IMG/VR virus record: IMGVR_UViG_3300047650_000023
Length of the DNA: 64,000 nt
Source: a virus
Direction: 5' to 3' (one strand)
Below the pieces are notes generated by a model. The model did no database searches. It was given only the letters and a program-made list of their open reading frames with translations, and was not told where the DNA came from. Position numbers and translations under genes: made by a program. Positions 8,980-17,105 of this stretch are shown here, one piece after another. Numbering within the stretch: position 1 is the stretch's first letter; the number at the start of each line of letters is the position of its first letter.

Positions 8980-10165
8980 GTCTCACAAACCTAGACTGTA
9001 TGCGGTCTGAGAGGATGTGTGAAATTCTATCTAATATGTATAGTATAGAGAAATGATTTTTAATTTATTTCAACAAAGAAAGTTTATCATGATGATAGAC
9101 TAATAAATAATTTCAAATGTGGGCAGTTCTACAAAACGTAAGTCCCACAATATTAACAAGTCCTTAAATGGATAAATATTATTTTCACTTTGGCTTTACG
9201 CCACGATTAGTTTAATTTCACTTGTGTATGCTGAACCGACAGCGACTCATTAAATGAATTCGGAATTAATCCATTTTGTGTTCACAGCACGTTAGTGACT
9301 GCTAAATAGCGTGATTTATTTTTAATATAATAACACAACAGTAAATCCAATAGATACGGAGCTGTCTTTCTAAGTATGCTTTAAGTGCATATCGTCTATT
9401 GGTAATTGTGTTTTTATATATAAGTGATTTTTTGATTTAGGCATTACGCCAGTGATTTAGTTTATGCTCGAAGCGTAAGGCATGGAGCAGGGATATAGGA
9501 TATACGCTATATCCTCTTATTAATATCATAAAACTGCAATTCTATATCATATGTACTCATCTTTAATTAGAATATAATTAATGCTCATGAGTCAATTATT
9601 ACTTTTCTTATGGAAATGTGTTCGTTTCCACAGATTCTCTTATATTCAAGAGTCTATGTCAGTAGTGGGCAGATAATGCATTACATTTGATACCCTAACA
9701 TAAATAGACTAATTGTGTGACTAATGGGCAATGCACAAATAACTACTATGCTCTTAATTGAGCCAGAGATTTTATATCTCTAAATAAAAATAATGTATCC
9801 AATATTTTCATATGGATAGAGGTATATTTTGCGGAGTATATCGGTGCAACGGAATACGTTCCTATAATGCACAGTCGGAATAGAGACACTAAACCTATTC
9901 CATTGGATGATCCGACATCCTAAAAATCTGAAATACTTATCAGACGAATGTGCTGATGGTTGACAAGCAACAGAAAAACTTGTATTCATGGAGATGGCAG
10001 ACATCTATAAAATCGGATTTACTTTAATTAAGTCCCACAATTTACAGTGGGTACATGCCCATGAGGGCAAATTTTTAACTGACTGGCAGGGTTGTTCAAT
10101 AGGACTTCCCTGCTATTATTCTGATTATTAGGCCGTCTAAATTAAGACGGTCATAATGATATATA
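8980..10165 (+). ncRNA. candidate large structured non-coding RNA or leader (ORF-free hairpin tract)
   Basis: No credible ORF in about 1.2 kb. About 20 stem-loops; the non-Watson-Crick pairs checked read as G-U on the plus strand. Confidence 0.55.
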
Positions 10166-10200
10166 AAAATTTAAAAGAAAAAGGAATGAGTTATTAACTA

Positions 10201-10380
10201 ATGATTGAAGTCAGTCAAGCAGCCGCATTTTACATAAGAAAGCACTCCCCAAGTTCTCACATAAGTATGGCATCAAAAAACAAAAATTCAAATGGAAAAA
10301 CATATTTTGCTATTGAGGAGGCTATTACATTTAAACTCTTGAAAGAATTTCACGAGAAAGAATTAAATGGTCAGTTGTAA
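10201..10380 (+). CDS. small hypothetical protein (59 aa, not in ORF track)
   Basis: MIEVSQAAAFYIRKHSPSSHISMASKN...ELNGQL*; AAGGAATGAG lies upstream. Confidence 0.65.
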   Translation: MIEVSQAAAFYIRKHSPSSHISMASKNKNSNGKTYFAIEEAITFKLLKEFHEKELNGQL

Positions 10381-10446
10381 GTACAGTATAATACAGTAAA
10401 TTGATAAACTAAAAATAAATTTGAAATAAGAAAGAAGAATATATTA

Positions 10447-10674
10447 ATGGCAAAGATCAGTAAAAGTATGTCGTTTAAGGATGCAGAAATTAATTTAGAA
10501 GATTTATCACTTACAGAATTTAAGAAAGATAATACTACTGAATATAATATTATGGATATCCTTAAAGAGTGGAACGGTATTAAGGGTATATCACTTGTAA
10601 TTAAACTTGATAATGATGTAAATACAATTGGCGAAGATGACGAAAGTTCTGACGGAGAGGATGACGAACTCTGA
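10447..10674 (+). CDS. yonK: YonK-like protein
   Basis: MAKISKSMSFKDAEINLEDLSLTEFKKD...ILKEWNG resembles SPbeta YonK, in a syntenic position. Confidence 0.7.
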   Translation: MAKISKSMSFKDAEINLEDLSLTEFKKDNTTEYNIMDILKEWNGIKGISLVIKLDNDVNTIGEDDESSDGEDDEL

Positions 10675-11897
10675 TAGATGTTAAATCTGAATTAGAGAAA
10701 TATGGACTTACTGAAGAACAGTACGAAAAATGTTTAGATGATGTTGCTAATAAAATAAATGGTATTAGTGATGATGATTGGTCTGAAATTGTTACAAGAA
10801 ATAATTTACATATTCATTATGATACTTTAAGAAAAGCGCAACAAACTATTTTCGGTGGTTATTTTGTAAAAGAATATTATAATCAAAAAAAGATAACATC
10901 TAAAACTCAGTTGTCTCAAGCTAAAGAATTAATTGGAGAACAGTTAGTTCTTAAAAAACAAATTCAATCGGATAAATCGCAAATTACAAAAATTCAAAAT
11001 AGTTTTATTAAATCAATTTCAATTGCAGAAGAATTATCTCAAATTTTTGAAGATAATAATTTTCAAGTAAATGTTCCTGAATATTGTCATGTTGAAATAG
11101 ATGATAGTAGTGAATACAAAATGATTATACACATAACAGATTGGCACATTGGCTATGTGATTGACAACTGTAAAGGGAATTATTATAATTGGGAAATTGC
11201 AAATGAACGTATTAATAAACTTATAAATGAATGTCGTAAATATATAAAAATGTATGACATAAAAAAAGTTTATGTTATAAATACTGGAGACAATATTGAA
11301 CATGTCGCAATGCGTAAAAATCAATCTCAGTTTTGTGAGTTTAATCAGTCAGAACAAATTAATCATGCAATTGATTTAATATTTAGATTTTTAACTGCTT
11401 TATGTAGAGATTGTTATGTTGAATACGATAGTATTTATGGCAACCATGATCGCATGAATGGTGATTTGTCTGCTAATTTAGACGGTGATAATGCAGATAC
11501 AATTATAAAAGAACAAATATCTAAATATAAAGAATTATCCAAAACTGTAAGATTAAATGTAATTCAAAGAAGACATACAGATAAAGAAATTATTGTTGAT
11601 ATTGAAGGATTAAAGTGTAAGTTTTCTCATGGGAATATTGGAATAAAAAATGACAAACTACAATTGAGAAATGAAATGTCTATGAATAATGAATTTTATA
11701 ATTTGTCGTTTCAAGGGCATGAACATAATTTTGGTGTCACATCAGAAAATAATGGTAGATATATTATACATACGGGTTGTCTTTCTGGATTTGATGATTA
11801 TTCGGTTGGATTCGGATGTTCCACAGTTGCTTCTCAAACAATTGTTGTTGTAAGTAATAATAATGTCGAATTAATAAAAGATGTAGTTTTAATTTAA
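10671..11897 (+). CDS. calcineurin-like metallophosphoesterase (YonJ-like), probable CTG start
   Basis: Motifs DWH, GD, GNHDR, SHG and GHEH. The frame is open back to a CTG at 10671 that overlaps the yonK stop and follows SD GGAGAGG, giving 408 aa. Confidence 0.8.
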   Translation: MIDVKSELEKYGLTEEQYEKCLDDVANKINGISDDDWSEIVTRNNLHIHYDTLRKAQQTIFGGYFVKEYYNQKKITSKTQLSQAKELIGEQLVLKKQIQSDKSQITKIQNSFIKSISIAEELSQIFEDNNFQVNVPEYCHVEIDDSSEYKMIIHITDWHIGYVIDNCKGNYYNWEIANERINKLINECRKYIKMYDIKKVYVINTGDNIEHVAMRKNQSQFCEFNQSEQINHAIDLIFRFLTALCRDCYVEYDSIYGNHDRMNGDLSANLDGDNADTIIKEQISKYKELSKTVRLNVIQRRHTDKEIIVDIEGLKCKFSHGNIGIKNDKLQLRNEMSMNNEFYNLSFQGHEHNFGVTSENNGRYIIHTGCLSGFDDYSVGFGCSTVASQTIVVVSNNNVELIKDVVLI

Positions 11898-12004
11898 ATA
11901 TTTGGGTGAGTCATTGTGGGGTATGCTCCCACAACCCTCTTATATACGAATTAAGGTGTAACGAAATGTTACACCTTTTATTTATGTAAAGGAGAGGATG
12001 TAAT

Positions 12005-12769
12005 ATGGCAAAAGAAAAATTGTGTGGAATCTATTGTATTGAAAATTTGGTGAATGGCAAAAAGTATATTGGCTTATCTATTAATATTAAACAGCGTTGG
12101 ACACAACATAAAACTGATTTAAGACATCAATATCATAAAAATTCTTATTTACAAAATGCTTGGAATAAATATGGTGAAGATAATTTTGGATTTAATATTA
12201 TACAGGAGTGTAAAAAAACTGAATTATCTGAATTAGAAAAATTTTATATTGATAAATTTGATACTACAAATGAAAAATATGGATATAACTTAACATTTGG
12301 TGGTGAAGAATGTATTCATACTAAACAATCAAAAGAAAAATTGTCAAAAGCTAGAATAGAACATTCTAATAATAGTCCTAATACTCAAAAGGTTGTACAA
12401 TTAAATATGTTTGGACAAATCGTTAAAGTATTTAACACTGTAAACGAAATTAATAGATTACTAGGATATGACACTAAAGGAATTCGAGGTTGTTTAAATA
12501 AGGAGCCTAAAAGAAAAACAGGTTATAATTGTATATGGATGTATTATCAAGATTTTTTAGATAATGGTTGTAACTTAGATAATTATAAAACTAAATATTG
12601 TAACAAATCAAAAAACATTTTACAATTAAATTTAGATGGTAATGTAATCAATGAATTTAAGAGTATTAATTATGCTGGAAAAATATTAGATATACCAACA
12701 CAAAACATTTCAAGATGTCTATTAAATAGAACTAAAACAGCAGGTGGTTTTATGTGGAAGTATGCTTAA
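12005..12769 (+). CDS. free-standing GIY-YIG homing endonuclease with NUMOD1-type repeats
   Basis: GIYCIENLVNGKKYIGLS...RWTQH; two C-terminal NUMOD1-like repeats ending ...KTGYNCIW and ...KTAGGFMWKY. Confidence 0.88.
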   Translation: MAKEKLCGIYCIENLVNGKKYIGLSINIKQRWTQHKTDLRHQYHKNSYLQNAWNKYGEDNFGFNIIQECKKTELSELEKFYIDKFDTTNEKYGYNLTFGGEECIHTKQSKEKLSKARIEHSNNSPNTQKVVQLNMFGQIVKVFNTVNEINRLLGYDTKGIRGCLNKEPKRKTGYNCIWMYYQDFLDNGCNLDNYKTKYCNKSKNILQLNLDGNVINEFKSINYAGKILDIPTQNISRCLLNRTKTAGGFMWKYA

Positions 12770-12893
12770 AAAAGAATATATGGAGAGCCACAGCAGTTGA
12801 TTTGTATTTGTACTAAAAATGGAATTAGATGTTCTTACGATATAAACTTTTAAAATAAAAATAATAAATTAAAGTTGAGGTTATACATAATAA

Positions 12894-13649
12894 ATGAATA
12901 AATATTCACATAAAAATAAAGAACCAAACGTTACTAATTTCTGTTGTATTAATCATTTTGTAGAAGAAATTATAGACGAGTTGTTTAATTCAGATGAAGA
13001 ATTTGCAAGCACATCTATAGTTGCAAATAAAGAATTTTCGCAAGATTTAATTAGAGTTTTGCTTTCGTTAAAAGACGAAGATGATGATTTCGTTTTTGAC
13101 ATGGCAATGGTTAGTTTTGATTCGGTTGAATATGATTCAGAATATATAATTTCCATAGGAACAGATTTTGAAGTATGGTGTGAACCTATGTGGAGAGAGA
13201 ATGAATATAGTACAGGATATTTGAATACGGAGTCAGAACACGCATACGTACTTGATGATTCTAATTTTAAAGTTCTTGATAATATTGATTGTGACGATAT
13301 AACGATATTTGGATTTGAAGATAATGAAGATGAAATAGATGATGATTCAGATGAAGATGATTGTGACGGAGACTGTGAGAGTTGTGAATGTGAGTCTCAT
13401 TGTGAAACTGAAACAGATGATGAAGAATTTGAAATAGAAAGTGATGATGAATTGTCAGACGATGTAAGCGAGAGAATTAGAATAATTGTTGAGTGTGCAG
13501 ATAAAATTGTTGATATGTCTTGTCCTCATTGTGTTTGCGAGGAGTTGATTCAATTGGCTAAGACTTTTGAAAAGATAGGGCATGATCAAGCAAAAGATGA
13601 AATGCAGTGTATGCTTGATTGTATGGATGATGAAGACTGTGAAGATTAA
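12894..13649 (+). CDS. highly acidic Asp/Glu/Cys-rich hypothetical protein
   Basis: 251 aa with the tract DDDSDEDDCDGDCESCECESHCETETDDEEF. Confidence 0.7.
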   Translation: MNKYSHKNKEPNVTNFCCINHFVEEIIDELFNSDEEFASTSIVANKEFSQDLIRVLLSLKDEDDDFVFDMAMVSFDSVEYDSEYIISIGTDFEVWCEPMWRENEYSTGYLNTESEHAYVLDDSNFKVLDNIDCDDITIFGFEDNEDEIDDDSDEDDCDGDCESCECESHCETETDDEEFEIESDDELSDDVSERIRIIVECADKIVDMSCPHCVCEELIQLAKTFEKIGHDQAKDEMQCMLDCMDDEDCED

Positions 13650-13704
13650 GTAATAGTTTTTATTAAGCAAATAAATTATAAAAATAAGTGAGGAATTTTA
13701 ATAA

Positions 13705-13980
13705 ATGAATAAAGTCGGTTTTATAGAACGATACGCAGAAAAAACAGGGAATACAAAAAAAGATTCTGATATTGCTATTACAGCAGTATTTGATGTAATT
13801 ATGGAAACATTGGCTTCAGGTGAGGAAATAAATCTTATTGGTACTGGAAAGTTTAGTGTAACTGAACGTCCAGAGCATAGTGGAATTAATCCAAAAACCA
13901 AAGAACCAATTTTGATTTCTAAGAGTAAGCGAGTGTCTTTTAAAGCAGGAAAAACGTTTAAAGATTTTATTAATAAGTAA
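13705..13980 (+). CDS. hup: HU family histone-like DNA-binding protein (YonN/HupN-like)
   Basis: MNKVGFIE...GFGKF-like GTGKFSV, GINPKTKEPILI, FKAGKTFKD. Confidence 0.93.
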   Translation: MNKVGFIERYAEKTGNTKKDSDIAITAVFDVIMETLASGEEINLIGTGKFSVTERPEHSGINPKTKEPILISKSKRVSFKAGKTFKDFINK

Positions 13981-14028
13981 ATATAACACAAGTTGGGGAA
14001 TTGCCTATAGGCGACTCCCCTTTTATAT

Positions 14029-14118
14029 GGAGAGTTGGCAGAGTTCGGTTTAATGCGTCTGTCTACTAAACAGATAATGGTAAAACATTCGTGAGTTCAA
14101 ATCTCACACTCTCTTCCA
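14029..14118 (+). tRNA. tRNA-Ser, anticodon ACT (type II, long variable arm)
   Basis: Acceptor GGAGAGT/ACTCTCT, anticodon arm TCTGT-CTACTAA-ACAGA, variable arm AATG-GTAAAA-CATT, T arm GTGAG-TTCAAAT-CTCAC, encoded CCA. Confidence 0.88.
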
Positions 14119-14182
14119 TAGCAGATTGAATCTGTTAAATTTGATAAGGGTTGTGACCGCACCACAGAAGGAGAAATAAATT

Positions 14183-14632
14183 ATGGAAAATTATTATGAA
14201 GGTATTGTTAAGAATTTAAAAAGAGATGCAGAAAGTTTGTCAAAAGGTTTAAAAAATATTTTAGAAAATAATAGTGGAGATATTAATAAGTATATAGGGA
14301 TGACAAAAGCTTTAAAAGAAACTTTAAGCTTAATTAAAGAATTTGATTGGCAATTGAAATATTCACAATATGAAACAAGTGAATCTGATGGTACAAACAA
14401 ACATTTTGAAGTTGCAATATGGGAACAAAATAGTCAAAATGAAATTCGCAATCATCAACATTTTGAAGTTGTTAAAGATTTAAGTAAGGGGCGTTTAAGT
14501 ATTAATGCATTTATAGATGGTATTACTTCAAGATGGAATAACATGTCTGACGGAGAAAAACATGAGCTGGCTATTAATTTAGTTGGAATAAAAGATGAAA
14601 CTACTTTTATTTCAATGATGAACAAAGATTAA
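14183..14632 (+). CDS. hypothetical protein between the tRNAs
   Basis: 149-aa ORF with SD AAGGAG. Confidence 0.7.
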   Translation: MENYYEGIVKNLKRDAESLSKGLKNILENNSGDINKYIGMTKALKETLSLIKEFDWQLKYSQYETSESDGTNKHFEVAIWEQNSQNEIRNHQHFEVVKDLSKGRLSINAFIDGITSRWNNMSDGEKHELAINLVGIKDETTFISMMNKD

Positions 14633-14707
14633 AGGTTAATTAAAGTATAAAAACAATTTGGGAAATTGCTTTTGTGGGAGTTGCCTTATAGGTGACTCCT
14701 TTTATAT

Positions 14708-14782
14708 GCAGATATAGTGTTAATGGTAGCACACGAGTTTTCCAAACTTGGAGTGACGATTCAAATTCGTTTATCTGCTCCA
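14708..14782 (+). tRNA. tRNA-Gly, anticodon TCC
   Basis: Acceptor GCAGATA/TATCTGC, U73, CCA; anticodon arm CGAGT-TTTCCAA-ACTTG; T loop TTCAAAT. Confidence 0.92.
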
Positions 14783-14833
14783 TAGTAGATTAAATCTACT
14801 AAATATTTTATTAAATTTTTGGAGGTATTTTTT

Positions 14834-15223
14834 ATGGAATTTTTAAATGAAGCTTTTGATGAATTTTTTAGTGGGATGTCTTTGTTTGGGTATAAGCCTA
14901 TGAGACTTGTATTCAATAGCGCAGGTATTAAAGATATGTCTCCGTATAAGTTTATAAAAACTGATAAGGGATATAAATGTCTTGTAAAAACACTGGGGAT
15001 TAATGAAAAGGATATTGAAGTAACAGTTGAGGATTATGGTATTAAAGTTAATGGTAAAAGTGAAGTTGAAGGTGACGAATATAATACTGAAATTCAAATT
15101 GCTATTAATGAAACTGTAATGGATAATCTTAAAGAAATAAACTATCATTCTATTAATGGATTAACAGTAGTAGAAATGATTATTGAGAATCAAAGAAAAA
15201 CGATTTCTATAAATAGAAAATAA
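14834..15223 (+). CDS. small heat-shock (Hsp20/alpha-crystallin-like) protein
   Basis: FDEFF N-terminus, LGINEKDIEVTVED...IKVNG and NGL pattern; SD GGAGG precedes the ATG at 14834. Confidence 0.65.
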   Translation: MEFLNEAFDEFFSGMSLFGYKPMRLVFNSAGIKDMSPYKFIKTDKGYKCLVKTLGINEKDIEVTVEDYGIKVNGKSEVEGDEYNTEIQIAINETVMDNLKEINYHSINGLTVVEMIIENQRKTISINRK

Positions 15224-15269
15224 CATAAAACAGCTATTTTATAGGGTTTAATTAAATAGAAGATAGATC

Positions 15270-15302
15270 GAGAGCATCAAGAATTAATCTTGGTGCTTTT
15301 TA
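15270..15302 (+). terminator. intrinsic terminator
   Basis: AGCATCAAGA-ATTAA-TCTTGGTGCT followed by TTTT. Confidence 0.7.
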
Positions 15303-15386
15303 TTGTGTCTTTTTATAAGATACAATTGGATATTTTATGAGGCTTAGTTAGATTTTATATCATAGATTAAGAAAGAAGGATTTACA

Positions 15387-15983
15387 ATTTTATATAGATT
15401 TGAATTAACGGAATATGTATTTAAACATCCTGACGGTCATTATATACCTATGGCGTTTCCAATGTATATTTCGTTAAGTGATATTGATCATATGAATAAA
15501 GAATTTATAAGACAGCAAAAGATTATAGAAGATTTTGTAGATAAATATTCAAAAGAAAAGAATTTTGAAGTTGTTAATTGTACAGGTGGAACTTTTAATA
15601 TTCCAAGAATGTTTTCATACGAAGTTAATTTTAAGAACTTATACAATGAAAACTGGTATGAACATAGATATTCAGATTCTAAAATTAAACAGTATTTAAA
15701 ATATAAATCTTGCAATAAAAAACATAAAGAAGATTTTGTATTTACTAAAGAACATGTTGGCGAATTTGTATGTAGTAATGATATAGATATTAAAAACGAT
15801 GGTTATGATATTGATGTGGTAATTTGTAATAATTGTAATATTGCTTTTAATTTAACTGATATAAATAAAGGGTTTTGGAATGCAATCAAGAATGATTTGA
15901 ATCATATTTTAAGAAATATTAATAGCATGTGGTTTAATATTACAATGCCTATTTATATATTAATGCATAAGAAAATAAATTAA
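15387..15983 (+). CDS. hypothetical protein (possible ATT start at 15387; first ATG at 15450)
   Basis: The frame is open from 15366; SD AAGAAGGA sits 6 nt before the ATT at 15387. Confidence 0.55.
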   Translation: MLYRFELTEYVFKHPDGHYIPMAFPMYISLSDIDHMNKEFIRQQKIIEDFVDKYSKEKNFEVVNCTGGTFNIPRMFSYEVNFKNLYNENWYEHRYSDSKIKQYLKYKSCNKKHKEDFVFTKEHVGEFVCSNDIDIKNDGYDIDVVICNNCNIAFNLTDINKGFWNAIKNDLNHILRNINSMWFNITMPIYILMHKKIN

Positions 15984-16013
15984 ACACATAACGAAAGGAA
16001 GTCATTAATTACA

Positions 16014-17105
16014 GTGAAATCAAATAATCCGAATGCATTAAACTCTAAACGTCCTATAAATAGTGACTCTCCTCCTGTATATCGGTGTACTCGTTGTGGT
16101 AAAACTAAAAGTGACCCAAAAGGATATTTTTTTATATCTAAAGCATCCCCTTTATTTGTAGGAAACGAATTATATTCTTGTATATGTTCTGATTGTGCAA
16201 ATGAATTATTTACGGATATTTCCAATAAACTAAAAGATACTAGAATTGGATTATTGGTAATATGTCATTATTTAGATGTATATTTTAGTGAAAAATTATA
16301 TGAGGATATAAAAGGAAATGCTAATTTTTCACTTGGCGTATATTTATCCAAATTAAATAATGTTCAATATAAAGCTAGAAATTTTACAACCTATTTGTTT
16401 GAAGCACTTGCTACTAATAAATTAATTAAAGGTTCACAAGAAATTCAAACAGATAAAGAAGAAAAATGGAGCAAAGAAGATTTAAAAAATAAAACTAGGG
16501 TTTCACATATACTTCATTATGATCCTTTTGAAGATGAAAATTATACAAACGAAGATAGAAAATTTATGTTTAATTTATGTTCGGATTATTTAGTTGATGA
16601 AACAACAATAGAAGACCCACATAAATTACAAGGTGTTGTCGAATTAGTTAAAACATATGGGCAATTAAATAAAATAAATACTCAATTAAATAGAGAAGTT
16701 GCCACAAATATGGCAAATGAAAGTAAAATAAAAACTTTATCGAGTACTAAAAAAGATTTGATGGATTTAATCAATAAATTTGCAAAAGAAAATGGTATTT
16801 CAGCGTCTTTAAGTAATAAAGGACAAAAAGGCTCTGCTAGTTTTGCTTATCATATTAAAAATTTAGATGAAATAGATTTTACTGAAGCAAAAGTAAATTT
16901 ATTTGACATTGAAACATGTGAATCTATGAGGCAATTTGATGAAATAAGTGATGCAAATATATTAAAACAACTTCATTTAAACGCTGATGAATTAGGAACT
17001 ATGTTGGAAGATCAAACTAAAATGATTTTTAATTATAAGGAACAAATGGACAAATTAAAAGAAGAAAATAGACTTTTAAAAATTAAAAATATTGAGGTGA
17101 ATTAA
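16014..17105 (+). CDS. terminase small subunit-like protein (YonG position)
   Basis: Directly upstream of terL; N-terminal Cys cluster (CTRCG, CICSDC) and a C-terminal coiled coil. Confidence 0.55.
   Translation: MKSNNPNALNSKRPINSDSPPVYRCTRCGKTKSDPKGYFFISKASPLFVGNELYSCICSDCANELFTDISNKLKDTRIGLLVICHYLDVYFSEKLYEDIKGNANFSLGVYLSKLNNVQYKARNFTTYLFEALATNKLIKGSQEIQTDKEEKWSKEDLKNKTRVSHILHYDPFEDENYTNEDRKFMFNLCSDYLVDETTIEDPHKLQGVVELVKTYGQLNKINTQLNREVATNMANESKIKTLSSTKKDLMDLINKFAKENGISASLSNKGQKGSASFAYHIKNLDEIDFTEAKVNLFDIETCESMRQFDEISDANILKQLHLNADELGTMLEDQTKMIFNYKEQMDKLKEENRLLKIKNIEVN

Noticed and set aside
9780-10004. 74-aa minus-strand ORF inside the hairpin tract
   Set aside because: No recognisable motif or SD; wobble pairs favour a plus-strand RNA structure instead.
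8980-10165. CRISPR array, tRNA cluster or regular guide array in the non-coding tract
   Set aside because: There are no evenly spaced identical repeats and no T-loop/CCA cloverleafs; only two short motifs repeat, each twice.
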